64,000 nucleotides of DNA from Phallusia mammillata (lineage: Eukaryota), in contig OZ281494.1 of NCBI GenBank assembly GCA_965637545.1, positions 9,610,001 to 9,674,000 of the forward strand, in the 5' to 3' direction. This document shows, one piece after another, positions 23,201 to 35,991 of the stretch (its first letter is position 1; each line of letters opens with the position of its first letter). The translations under genes were made by a program, and so were the position numbers. The notes below the pieces were generated by a model, which was given only the letters and a program-made list of their open reading frames with translations, ran no database searches and was not told the DNA's origin.

Positions 23201-25792
23201 TCCATTGACAAAACACAAGTCTGATGAATCTTGGCAAATTGGATATTCATCGGTTAATGTATATTGGGGCAGAACGCAGTACACAGTTTGTTCAATTCCG
23301 GCCACAACTTTGTTACACTTGAAACCAGTGGTATATTGGACATCCTCGGCATTTTCTGGGCAGTCTGCATACTCATCGCAGGAATAGGTGGGAAGCATAC
23401 ACGTATCGGGCTCGTTAGGACATCGAAGCATCCTGGGTTCAGTACAGCTCTCAATCTCATCGCTACAGTCACTACAGTGATCCATGCCGTCACACAACAA
23501 GTAAATGGGAATACATCGCTTGCCGTTGTGACAACGAAATTCACCATCAAAGCACGTTTCGTTGGCGCTCCATGGAATTTCGTCGCTTCTATCGTTACAG
23601 TTCACGAAGGTGTTGCCTCGCCACGAGCGCGGAATGCAACGACCGTTGTCATGGCATCGAAACTCTTTATCTGGAATGCATTTAAGAGCTTGCTTTTCAT
23701 CGGAACCATCAGGACAATCAGGAAAATTATTCCTCACTCGATGTCGTTCCAAACAACGTCCGTTTGTGTTACACCGAAACTCTGTGTCATTGTAACAACT
23801 TGTCAAGTTCGTAAGTTCATCTTTTCCATTTCCACAATCCTTCACACCGTCTCCAACCCATGCCCTCGGAATGCACTGTGACGATGAGGAAGTGTTGTTC
23901 GAACAGGGAAATTCCAAAGCGTCGCATGAGGTGAGGGTGATGGTTTCGTCACTTCCGTCTTTCACTACCATTGTGTCACAATTGCGCTTGCCGTTCCTCA
24001 CCATCCAACGTGGAATACACAACTTGCTGCGTTTGCACGTGAATTCTATGATAAGTTGACATAAATGTGAGTATCTTGCCTACTTGTAGGACAGTGGTAC
24101 CCAACCGGAAATTTTAAAACATAAAAGGGAGAAATCTACTTTAACTAAGTTAGTACACGTTATTTGTAAACATACACTTTAGCTCTGGGGATATAAACCA
24201 GAGAGTCGAACCGGAACTGAACCCGAACCCGCGAACTGGTTTGGGCGGTTAATTTCATTAAACCCGACCCGAACCGCGAACTGCGATTTTCTAAAAACCC
24301 GAACCGGAGTTGAACTCCATATTTTGTATGGCGTTGAACCCAAACCCGAACCGAACCAGTAAAAAACGCAGTATGTTTTATATTTTGTGATTTTTTTCAA
24401 AACAGCACACTGAAGAATTCACGAGATGACACTTACAGGGCGTGTCAAAAACAACAGTGCTCAGGAAAAAAAATTGAGTGTGATGAGGCCAGGTAGATGA
24501 TGGGTAGAATTAAATTAAAACAAATAAAAATTTGAACCGGTTTGAAAACCGCAAACCGGTTCGGACCGGATAATTTGCCCAAACCGAAACAAAACCCGAA
24601 AATATACATTTTTAAAAACCCGAACCGAATCCGAACCCTAAAAAACAAAACCAAGTGAACCCGAACCGAACCTGAACACATATGACAAGCGGTTCGACTC
24701 CCTGATATAAACCGTAAAGTTAGTAAAACACATAATTTTAAATGATCTTTGTAAGGTTCAGCATCAGGGAGGAATGAAAATGTTTTGAATTGTTAAGTGA
24801 GGAATTTTTCCATAAAGAACCACTAATATAAATGGATTTAAATTCGCAGTTTAGTAACAACCAACCAACCTGTCTGATTTCTGCAAGGAAGTATCAAGTC
24901 CTCGTTTAATTTGCAGCTTTCTTTGGTGTTGAGAAGATAACGCGGTACACACTTTTGGATAGAGCGGCATCGAAATTCATCATCGGTACAATTCAAGGGT
25001 TCTGAAATTTAACATTTTGAAGTAAGCAACTGTCCTATACAGTGCCGGATTAAGGATCGGCTGCCCTGTAGGCACGTTTCATAAGTGGCCTGAAAATCAG
25101 GGTTGCCAAATAAAAATTAGAATTATCAGTGTTGCCAAATCATTGTCACAAAGAAAAGTGGCCTGGATTTTTGACTGGCCTGTATAGGCACGTGTCTACT
25201 TTGCCTAATGGTTAATCCGGCACTGGTCCTATATGTTATCGTTTTTATGATAAATGGACATTTTAAAGAGTTGGAAAATAATTTGTTGAACTAACCTCTA
25301 TCCTCGTCGCTTTCGTCTGACAACGAATCCAGCCGGCAGTCGCTTCCGAAACTTCGCACTTTATAACGTGGAATGCAAACGCCAGTGTGCAAACAACGGA
25401 AGAAGCCATCTTCAGCACGACAGGTTGCTGTTCCGGGGGATCCCCACACTGCCATGTTTTAAGATTTTTTCAAGTAATTTTGTTGCCTGTATTCTCTACT
25501 TTAAAGTAAACAGTTGCACGAATTTTGGGGTCATAAGTTATGTAACACATCATGACGTAAAGTGGTACTAATCTTTAACCAAGCAAGCATAATTTGACAC
25601 AATTAAACGTTAACTGTCAAAAAATCTATGTGAGACGAAATTATACGTAATAATAAAACCAGTTACATTTAGCAGTTTATGAGTGAAATTTTGCCAACCT
25701 TGTTTCAAAGGACGATATACGCTTTTTCCTTACCACTTACCTTGAGGTATTGAGATCCAAGAAAGAACAACAATAAGTACAAGTGGTTCCAT
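20287..25792 (-). CDS. LDLa-repeat rhodopsin-class GPCR copy 2 (GRL101/RXFP-related, no LRR block seen), about 1126 aa; exons 25792-25741, 25448-25296, 25001-24870, 24045-22758, 22689-22587, 22403-22205, 21740-20287
   Basis: Signal peptide MEPLVLIVVLSWISIPQ, then roughly 13-15 LDLa-like C...C.DGSDE modules. The 7TM region has GNLAV, NLAIADLLMG, TDMCCWLP and NSSLNPMIY. Exons total 3381 nt with no stop found. Confidence 0.9.
24199..24704. mobile_element. hAT-type MITE with CCGAA/AACCG subterminal repeats, in intron 3 of copy 2
   Basis: TIR CAGAGAGTCGAACCG / CGGTTCGACTCCCTG with an 8-bp TSD ATATAAAC. Confidence 0.88.
25040..25225. mobile_element. hAT-type MITE in intron 2 of copy 2
   Basis: TIR CAGTGCCGGATTAA / TTAATCCGGCACTG with an 8-bp TSD GTCCTATA. 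It is absent from copies 1, 3 and 4. Confidence 0.9.
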
Positions 25793-26454
25793 TCTTTAGT
25801 TTGGCAAGATATGTTTCAACAAAATGCAAGTTTACGCAAAAAGTTATTAACATTCCTTTTATGCGGCGTTCGGTGGGCAAAAAGCAAAGTAATAGATTAT
25901 TTTTTCCAAATATTATTTTTAAACAATCAGTATTTTTGAACACGCACTTTAGCTTATCCTACATGCGTGTCACTGAAAATGGTGCTTTAATTAAGCTTCC
26001 TGCAATTTCAGGTATAAATGTAATCTTTGACAAAATACAGTCGATTTTTTTATTAAATCTGCCTTATTGATATCAAGTTGTTGTTTTTCAAACGCAAAAT
26101 TTTTCCCCGACTATTTCAGGTTTTTCAATCAAAATACTTCAAGTCTGATAGATTTGAGAACCAGAGGCTTACTCTTAACCTAATCTCAGCTATATAAGGA
26201 AGTGAAGCACTATTATGAGTCAAGTAGCGGAGCCGATTGTCCCAGCATATTCTGCTACACAAAAGTGAAAGTGATTGTTTTTTGTTAAGGTTTTATACAG
26301 GACACTATTGTCTATATTTAGGACCTACGTATAGGCTATACAAAGCAGGCTTGAAGAAGTGATTAAGTGGGTTACCTGTTTCCTACTATCATAATCTTCC
26401 TTTCATCACTAATTGAAATGAGCATTTTGGTGAACGTGTCTTGTTATGTTTCGA

Positions 26455-26930
26455 AAAGAGGCAGGAATCGGCTAAAACCAGTTTGAAACCGGAAAATTCC
26501 GGGAAAAAAAAGGCAAAAAGTTGCCCGAAACCGGATTTTTCTTCAAATTTTTGACTCCTAAAAACCGAAAATCCGAAAAGACTATTAGCCTTATTTTTGA
26601 ACTCAAAAATCGAAAAACGAAAAGGCTTTGGCATTAGTTTTTTTTTCAAAAATCGGTCAAACTTCTGGTTTTTAATTCCGGTGTAATCCCCTTTAAGCTT
26701 CCTATCTCACTACAGTGCTGTTGATATAAGGTAATTTAACCTTTTTCCGTTTTTTTTTTTCAGGTTCATGAGATTGCTGGTGACCGTGGTGTTGGTGGAA
26801 GCTTGGAAAACGAAGTAGAGCTTGGAAACCGAGGTAAAGCCGGAAAAATTTGTTTCAACCTGGCCAATGAAACTGAAGTTCTGCCACGTTTGCAGCTAAC
26901 TTCGACGGATCAAAAACGACAAAGTTGGAA
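26455..26930 (+). repeat. Dispersed repeat, with a direct copy at about 18220-18560
   Basis: Shared blocks such as AAACCGGA.TTTTCTTCAA.TTTTTGACT, ATGAGATTGCTG, GGTGTTGGTGGAA, CAATGAAACTGAAGTTCT and AACTTCGACGGAT. Confidence 0.65.
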
Positions 26931-28508
26931 ATTAGATAAAAGACGGTCTTATCAGCGGCATCTCGACCCACTAGGTGGCGCATCGAACCAGTTGTTAATA
27001 ACTTCATGGGTTTGAGATTAAGAAGCCAGGCAACCGGTAAATTTTAACGACCGATTTGCTGACCACACTATTCACACAAGATAAAACTTTGACACAGCTA
27101 GATATTTTTTATCCAGGGTTGCCACACCGTCCTTATTTCTAAGATTTGTCCTTATTTGAAGAGCAACGTCTGAGAAAAATTCATTGTCCTTATTTCTAAA
27201 AAAATCCCTGATTTTAATAAGATATTTTGTCTTATTTTTAACAATTATAAGTCAAATTCCTGCTACAAGTAAAGGAAACTTAGAGTGCTACAAGTAAGGA
27301 AACCTAGACCTGAGCTGTCGTGAGATGCGCTAAGTATTTTCTACAAACACGGACATGCTTAAACAGATTGTTTTCGGCTAAAAATACATGACATGTGATA
27401 TGTCATGGCTCGTAAAAAAAGCAAGATTTGTTCAAAAACGTTTGTTCGCTTCGTATGAAATTTATTTTTTCGGTATAACCGATCACCCTCTGGTCATTCG
27501 AACCGCCGAGATGTTACTGGGACAGCAGAAACGTAACTACTCTTAACTTGCAACCAGTAACACACATGGTCAGTAATATCCAATCTAACTCTGTGTTACG
27601 CATCTTTCAATCCTTGCTTCATTGCTGGTTGCCTAGCAACAAACAGGAAAAAATACAAACAAACTGCTGCATGTATTGTGTACTGAATGTTTTCCTTGTT
27701 TGCAAATTTACATTTATTAAAGAAGTTGCACTGTGTTGTAACAGGAGTGTGTTATTTTAGTTCAGAACTACTAGATAAACCCGAAAACAAATTGACGCAG
27801 AGTCCATCATAAAAATAAAGCTAGATTGGAAAGTGAATTCTTCCCTAGGTCTAGAAATTACGCAGCGCTACAGGTAGTACGCGGTGGCAACGAAGCCAAG
27901 TTTGAGGAATTATAAAGATAAAGGGCAAGCTAAAACCGATTTGAAACTCAAAATTAACACGTTTGCTAAAAAATCAACAAATGCTCAATAAAGTTTGAGT
28001 TGACAATTAGTTAGGAAAGCAAACTTTTTACTCGAACCACAATCATTAAATAATTATTATTTAACCACTACACACAAATCTGTTCTTAATTCTAATAAAG
28101 GATGTAACGGCCCAAATAGACGTAAAAATCGACATGCATTAATATTCAAACGCTCACCATCAGTGATATTACTATTTGTTTACGCCTCCTTTCTCCGCGC
28201 AACGCGTGACTTCGTCTTACAGTTTTTGATTAAGTGACTTTGATTTTATTCTACTCAATATATTTCCACTTAAAACTGCGAAAACGACACATTTACATGA
28301 AGCGAAGGTATAATGTTTACAAACTGGTTTAAGAGGTCGAGGGTCATGTCATATGCGTTTGGAAGTATTTTTCGAAACAACTCGGGGTCAGTGTATAAAG
28401 GTTATTATCAGCTTGTTTGTTAAAAAACGAATAGTTTATGTAGCTAACTGTGGTTTATATACCAGTATTAATATACGATTAATTAAACTTTAAACTCAAC
28501 CTGTAGTG

Positions 28509-29061
28509 CAGTGGTTCTTAAAGTATGGGTCGCGACCCAAATATGGGTCGCGCAGTGTCAAATAATGGGTCGCGCTACGGTAATTCAATTCTGCCCAAAC
28601 GAACTATTACTGAATTAAGTAAACACAAACGAATTTACTTAATGCAGTAATAAAGTCACCTCACCCAACCACATTCATACAATGACAAATTTTTTTTGGG
28701 ATTTGGGATTCACTTTTATCAATGATCATGGTGCTGTAAAGCTGCGATGTGTGCTGTGTTATGCAGTGTTGTCGAACAAATCAAGCTCGTTCAGCCTGCA
28801 GCCATTTTTACATGGCCAGACCCCTATGCGGCGACGACGTGGCCTCGAAATTGCTGTACGTCTCGTTATTGAACAGCACAGTTAAATATATAAATCATTT
28901 GTTTGTAATCACCACTCATTGTTTCATAGAACTGTGTACTACAAATGGTTGTCTGCGTCTTTTTCTATTTCATGCATATGAGAAATTTTTTAAGGTTTGG
29001 GTCGTGAGGTGTTCATAAAACTCAGATTTGGGTCGCGGTCAAAAAAGTTTGAGAACCACTG
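28509..29061 (+). mobile_element. hAT (Buster/Charlie-like) deletion derivative with a transposase zinc-finger remnant
   Basis: TIR CAGTGGTTCTTAAA / TTTGAGAACCACTG with an 8-bp TSD CTGTAGTG. The internal LGFTFI...RCVLCYAVLSN resembles a Buster transposase N-terminus. Confidence 0.85.
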
Positions 29062-30651
29062 CTGTAGTGGAAGATATATATATATTGTTTTCTCTTTCAA
29101 AATTAATCAGCGAAAATTTTACTCCCCAATTTTTTTCCCGCGCCACATCATCAAAACTTGACACGCTTGGGTGTGCGCAGCCAATCAGCGCTTAGTAAGT
29201 TTTTGGCGTGCCAAGAGCCATTCCAGACAAAGTCATTTGTCTCGTGGTGTTGCGGCGTGCGGAGGTGGAATTGTCAAGAAGTTACAAGGTAAATCAAACT
29301 TCTGTGTTTAACTATGCTACACAATAGGGACAGCTCTAACAATATTGTAGTGTATGCGGGCATTCAACCCATAACTAAATCATTTATTTGCCGTATTTGT
29401 TTGTTGTAAAAGACCTTATTGTGGAATCTTGACTAACTGACATTCTAGGCGAGTTGTAACGTTTACAGTTACACCATGCGGTTGTTGCAACGCATCGTGC
29501 TTTAGGCATTGTGACGTCATAGTGGGCGTGTTTTTTTAAAAAATCAGCGTGGCTTGTAAAATCTGCAACGCGCGTTGTGTAGTTTCAGCCTTGTTGGCCT
29601 AGATATATTATTACAACTTGCACAGCCCAGTGTTGCGCGTTACTTAATGTGTTGTTTTATTTGCAGAATCCGATGTTCTTCTGCTCGACGACCTCTTCCA
29701 CCATCGTCAAACCACTTCAAATATTTCACTTGTATGTAACAATAGGAGTCTGTCGTGGGTCAACCGAGATTGCGGAACCGATAGGACTAACATAGGTTAA
29801 TTGGCGCTAGGGTGAGTGAGCTATTCTTTGTTCGAGGTGAACCCGTAAAGGAAGTCTTCCTCGGTCAAAGAACGCCCCAAGTCTGTATGAGTGCTACTAT
29901 GTCAGCAAGTTGGCGCTAGGGCTACAGCTAGAGTGGCACTCTTTAACTAGGGGTAGGTTATAGTTAACATAGGTGGGGTACGTTTGGGATTCGCGCGCCA
30001 CGTAGGGACTCTAGCTTAGATCGATTTCTAGTTAAGTGTGGCGCGTTGCAAATGGCTTTAGCTAAAATAAGGTGCGTATAGAAACACGGCCTGGACATGG
30101 CCTCCATCGCATTGCATTGGCCGCGGTGCAGACGACACTGAGTAGGGACACCGCTATTCCAATGAAGGCTTTGGCTCGAAAGCCAGAGGAGACCGGCTTT
30201 GCATATAGCCCGAAAAGTTTCGTGATCCACCCTGGTAGGGCGCAAACTGTTGTTAATTGTTTTTCCCCAGCCCTGCGTTTGCGTAAAACATTTGGGTCCC
30301 TGCGGGGGGACTCGGAGGGCAAGGGACAGTAACGCGATGTTGTTGAGTTATACGCCTTAAACTTTACTGTTCCTTTAAAACAAATTTCTGCGCCTATTCT
30401 AACTGTAAAGTTAGGGATGTTGTGGACTTTTTTTTATCTAGTTTGACCAGCTTGTTTTATCCATTTTTGTACATCCGGCTCCAGGTTTCCTTTTCTAAAA
30501 AGAGGCCGCGAATTGGATATCAAACATGCGATGTAATATAACTCCTGTTAATCAGGTTGTCATTTTTATGCTAAAAATATCGGTCAATCTAATGCCCCAA
30601 ATTTCCCATTTTGCTGGTTAAACTCATTTTTATTTGTGGATTTAGGCTAAC

Positions 30652-31059
30652 CAGAGTTGCAAGCGGGCCCGAAATCTGAGCCCGAACCCGGCCCGAACCC
30701 GAAAGTATAAGCCCGAAGCCCGGCCCGAACCCGAAACGTTTTTGAGAAGCCCGTTTAGGCCCGAAATTTTGATTGACAGGCCTATCCACGAAAGCCTTGC
30801 AACAAAGGATGAGAAAGAAAAAAGATAAAGACAACAAACACAATGAACAATAGTAGACAATGAGGTAAACAATACGTTTTAGAGTAGGGTGGGCATTAGG
30901 TCAAAGCCAGAGAATTGTTACTAAAAAGTGGCGGCAACGGAACTTAAAGTAAGGCCCGTTTTGAGCCCGTTTTCTGACAAATACCTAAGCCCGAACCCGG
31001 CCCGAACCCGGCCCGAACCCGAACCCGGCCCGAAAAGCCCGGCCCGACTTGCAACTCTG
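30652..31059. mobile_element. hAT-type MITE with GGCCCGAACCC subterminal repeats
   Basis: TIR CAGAGTTGCAAG / CTTGCAACTCTG with an 8-bp TSD AGGCTAAC. Confidence 0.9.
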
Positions 31060-34000
31060 AGGCTAACTAACTTATCGTTTACTTCAGTTCCGTATTCTTG
31101 CTGACCCGGCCACCCAGTCACTATGGGGCAGTGACAATTGGGTGGTTGTAAAACACGACATACTCAACTTCTACTTTTCTAGGCTAATTTGCGACGGCTG
31201 TATGCAGAGCAGTTAGTTGAGGTAAGTTTGTGTACTTTTACGTCGCTCGCGTAGGGACGATGGCGGTTCCAACGTTTTTTCAGAAACCTAATAAACGAAG
31301 CAGACGAACAACCATTTTGCTACCTAATTCACCGATTCTGTTTTCAAATTAAAAGTTAATTATAGAACTATTATAACCTATAAACGAAAGCGTTACATCT
31401 CTCTGTCGTTTTCCTTTTTTCATCAACAAAACTGTGTGCGGAGTCCACTTTTTCTATCCTTTCATTTATTTTTAAGTAGGCCAGTTCTTGGGGGTGTTGT
31501 GCCTTTTTACATCAGCCGACAGGTCCTTTATGATGTTACTGTGTTTTTTATTGCCCGTCGCTTGCCCTAACCATGTGAACCGCCATCTTCAAGTGTTAAA
31601 AAGTTTAGTTGTGGCAGAAGTCGGGTTTTGCTGTTTTTCAATTTCAAGTCAACTTGCTAAATTGTAAGTTTTTTGTTGTTGATTCAGTTTCTTGTTTTAA
31701 ACCAATCTTGATTTTTTTTGTTTTTTAGGTTTTCGGTGAAAACATTTGTATTTTAAATATGGAAGTTGAAAAATGCAAAAATACATGCAAAACAAAAAAT
31801 TCAAAACCATGCCCTGCAATATACGATCCCGGGTATATTGAACATTTGTGTTTCGTAATCCTTATGTATTTTTGTTGTTGTTTTTTCTGCAGGAAATATA
31901 ACTTTTATATTTTCTACAGGTTTAAACTTATGTTTTATTTTTCAGGTTTTAATATTATTTTCTGCAGGATTAACTATTAATTTTTGTTTTTCAGATTCCA
32001 GGGGGCATCTTGAAATATTTAAATTTGCAACAATTTGTTTTGTTTTTCAGATTTTAGGATTTTGAAACTTGTTAGGTTTTTCAGATTAGGGAATCGTTAG
32101 TGACTTATGTTCTGTAGGTGTTGGAAAAAGTAGAGTTGTAATTTCTAAACAATAATTCCTTCTTTTCAAGCTTAACCTAAGAGGTTTTGTCTGCAGGTGC
32201 TTAGGAGCTTTAATACATTTTCAGGTGTTTTTGATAAATAGAACTTCGCGTCATTTGTTTAGTAACTTACACTTATTTAGAAAATGTACAAGGTAACTAA
32301 TTTAAGTTAACATTCTCTTTTGCAGGTTTGCCAAACTTTGTTTTGGTTTTTCAACTTTTTAGGTTTAAACAGTTTAGAAATTTAGGTTTTATGTTTCCAC
32401 AGTTTCACTAATTACAATTTTAATGTTGCAAAAGGAGGAATAACCAAGACAAAAATAGAACTGTCACTCGAAAAACACAACGTAAGTATTGCTCCACAGT
32501 TTTATTCCCCTTCAACACTTGGAAAATTTAGTTTTCTAACTTGTTATTCAGATGCTTCAACAAAGAGTCATTCACATCACGGTCCAGCAAACGACGGCGA
32601 CAGCAATGATTTCAACCGCAAAGAAAAAAGGTGATATTGTTTATTTCAAACACCAATAGATTTTGTATCTGAAAATTATGAATTGAATTGCATGACTTAA
32701 ATTGTCGTGTTCATATTTAGGTAATTTGTTTTTGAGTTAAATTTAACTGATTTTTTATATTTAAGACGTCGTCCTCACTTCATTGGTGTCCAACGCACGG
32801 CTGCCTTCAGCACGGGAGTTCCCCCGACATCATCGTTAATGACGTCATAACATTCCGTCAGATGATGTCACCTGACGCATAACATCGTCTCGTCATCACA
32901 CTGACGTAACGTCGTGCAACGTAAATTATTTAGTGCCGCCCAGACGATGACGTCACCACATTCCGTCAGATGTCAACACTTCACGTTGTCATCGCAACTT
33001 CATACGTCACACTGACGTAAAAGAGTACACGTCAAGCTGGGTTCCAGTCTGAGGTAAACCTGTTCCACAGTCAGCCCTCAGAAGGCGGTGACGCCCTACA
33101 AGGCTGGGGCTCCTACGTCGCTATGACCTAGATTTCTGACGTCATGATGCCATTCCACTGCCTGGTGGACTTCATATTCGGGAACTGTTGCCTCCCCCCC
33201 CCCCCCCCCCCCCCCTTACTTTTGACTGAACGATCTTGGGCAATATTTTTGTTTTACACGAAAACATGTACAAACCAACACAGCGTCACAGCGGCACGTT
33301 ACAATCGAGCGTGTTTAGTTTCAACAACACTGCGACGTGTAGAAAGAATTAATAAATCCACTCCTGCAACTTTTTTCGAGGTTTTGAATTATAATGCATA
33401 AGTCCATTGAACAAAAGCAATTTTCTTCTACGCGATATGCTATGCATCGTAACATGCTTTAAATGGACTGTCATGATGTTTTAGTTATATTTTTTGATTA
33501 TATACTGATGAATTTTACTCACAACATGCACCCATTCTCTCGTACTTCATAAACTAAGCTTACCCACATTCCTGGTTGCAAAAAGGCAATGTTTAAATAT
33601 TAATGTAAAAAGAGTAAAAGGCATTTAATTTTTTTCCGCGAAGTGGTACATTTTACACGCATAGTGTGCAATTTGCACCAAAGTCTTGTGTAAAATGGAC
33701 CACTTACTAACGGTAACAGCCTCAGATACCAACGGAAGCAGGATTTTTGAATTTTATTAAATGAAATCAAAACTGGGATAAAAAAATTAAAATGAAGGAA
33801 GTCTTTGAAGATAAAAAGGCCACAAATGGAATCACTAGGATAGCTGAAATAAAAAAAATTAGAAGAACACTTCCAAATAGCACTATGGCAAATTAAAACA
33901 ACAATTGAAAAGCAAAACACAATGAATGTAAATCCTGCATTGAGCCATCAACACTCGTAAATGAACGTGTTTGTCATCAAAATCAGAAAAAATAAAGAAA

Positions 34001-34369
34001 TTTCTTTCCTGAATGCATTTAGACATAAACTGTTTAGTCGTAAGCTAAGCCAACTTCTTTAAAAACTGTCAGAAACCTTCCCGAATGGTGTTTAAATAGT
34101 TGCTTTATTTTCAGCTGCCTGGTCCAAATTACACACTTTCACACGCAATATTTTACCCAACCTATTTTACTTTTGAAAAGTTTTAGCGGATTATTCTGTG
34201 TATGCTGAAATAATTGTACCTCACAAAAATCATACCCACTGAGATTTGCACTAATCAGTAGTAAAGAAATGTTTGATCCCTAAAAAAATTATCAAATTTG
34301 CAAAAAAATTTTTCTTTGAATAGCAAACGGAAAGTACAGCATCAAGTTTGGAGCTAGGCGGCCGTAAGC

Positions 34370-35991
34370 CAAAGTATATATAAAACACAAGTAGCCCAAC
34401 CCAGTGTTACACGATAGAGCAGGGGTGGGCAAACTTTTCAGTGCAAGGGCCGCATTCAAAAGTTCTTAATCTCAGGGGGCCGCATAGTATTTTACCAACG
34501 GCCCCCAATTGCTTGCTTGTTTTTTTTTTATATAACTGGTGTAAAGAATTAGGTTTGTATCCTATATATACCATTTAAAGCCGCCTAAAATGCTCAGATC
34601 AAAAATTTCTTACTTGACGCATAAGTTTAGCTAAACGGAGCTAACTGTTTATGACGTCATAATCTGTCTTGTGACGATTGCGGTGCCTGTTCTTTCGCAT
34701 TGTTTGCACACAATAAGCGGATAAAAAGCCTGGCGCAATTGGTTACTATGCTGGTAATCTTTTTCTCCAGTCTTACGAAATCTGTTTTTAGCAGTTTCAA
34801 AATCAAATTATTTGGCAAAATAATTTAGTTACGTCACCGCCGCCAGCGCGTGTATTTTTTGACATACATGGTCACCGCCTCACAAACTCGTCTCCGCGGC
34901 CGCATGTAGCCGTACGGCCGCAAGTTGTGCACCCCTGATTTTGCCCAAAGTATTAACGGAGTATATTTTCACCTATGTGCAAATACGTTTGTTGTCACTG
35001 AAATTATTGGACAAATATTGGTTGAAACGCCACAATTGCAAATGTTTCAAAATAAACAAGCATTTGTTGCAACATAGGCTACACCACGTCTTTTTGTCAA
35101 GAAATTATTGCGCCAACATTAATGTGTTAACGATTCTAAAGCCGTGTTTAATGTCCGTTTGCAAAGTATTGCAACGACCTAAACTTGATCCAATGTGAAC
35201 AAAGTTTTGGCGTCAACAGTGCAAAATGGGCTGTTTGAAAACGTGAATCGCTTTTACTTTTATTTACCTTTATCGAACAAAGAAATTTTGTCAAGTGACA
35301 ATTTGCAAAATAATGTGGCAGACACAACCGGCTATAAAGCACGTAAAAAGTGTCTGTGTTTAGTTCCAAAGTATGGTACGGGTACAGATACTGCACATGG
35401 TATAGGTATCGGCAAGTCGCAACCCCGGTATTTTTTAAAACTCGTCGGCTGTGCTCATAATACTATTCAGCGTTACTAACATTCTCTTTAAAATTCACTA
35501 ACATTTGGCGGGCCGCATGAACTCCTTTGCCGGGCCGCATGCGGCCCGCGGGCCGTAGTTTGCCCACCCCTGCGATAGAGCCTCATGGACGCCATTTTGT
35601 GTCCAATTTAATACAGCAGGTACAGGGAAAACACATAAATTGTCTGATTTTTACAAATGGTGGGCTTTAACGCGAATTTGATAGGCCAAATCAAATAAAA
35701 CTTTTGGGTTCTAACATTTCAGCCTGATAATCCACGCTGAATGCAAAAGTTTACATGAAAAATAAGCCGCTAAATTTACATGAAAAAGACAATTTAGCTT
35801 TTATTATTACGTTGAAATGTTATAACCCGAAATTTTCATTTAATTTGGCGAATCAAATTCGCGTTTATACTCTCCAGTTTTTGCTAATCAGACAATTTAT
35901 GTTTTATAAGTTTCATTTTGGACACAAAATGGCTCCATAGCCTTTATTGCGTAACATAGGGTTGGACAACTTGTGTTTTATATAGACTTTG
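34370..35991. mobile_element. Foldback-type element with long imperfect inverted arms, interrupted by a hAT MITE
   Basis: CAAAGTATATATAAAACACAAGT... pairs with ...ACTTGTGTTTTATATAGACTTTG. The arms continue after the nested insert (35581-35730 versus 35800-35940). Flanking direct repeat GCCGTAAGCC. Confidence 0.75.
34420..35572. mobile_element. hAT-type MITE nested in the foldback element, with a second internal right end at about 34895-34937
   Basis: TIR CAGGGGTGGGCAAAC / GTTTGCCCACCCCTG with an 8-bp TSD CGATAGAG. Confidence 0.88.

Noticed and set aside
27115-27250. CAGGGTTGCCAC MITE left end with GTCCTTATTT repeats
   Set aside because: No matching right TIR or TSD was found, so boundaries cannot be supported.
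30660-31050. GGCCCGAACCC and CCGAA repeats as CRISPR-like or iteron arrays (also 24200-24700)
   Set aside because: Spacing is irregular with no unique spacers. They are subterminal repeats of TSD-flanked MITEs in a eukaryotic genome.
29455-31397. TGTAACG...CGTTACA as solo-LTR boundaries
   Set aside because: No flanking 4-6 bp TSD.
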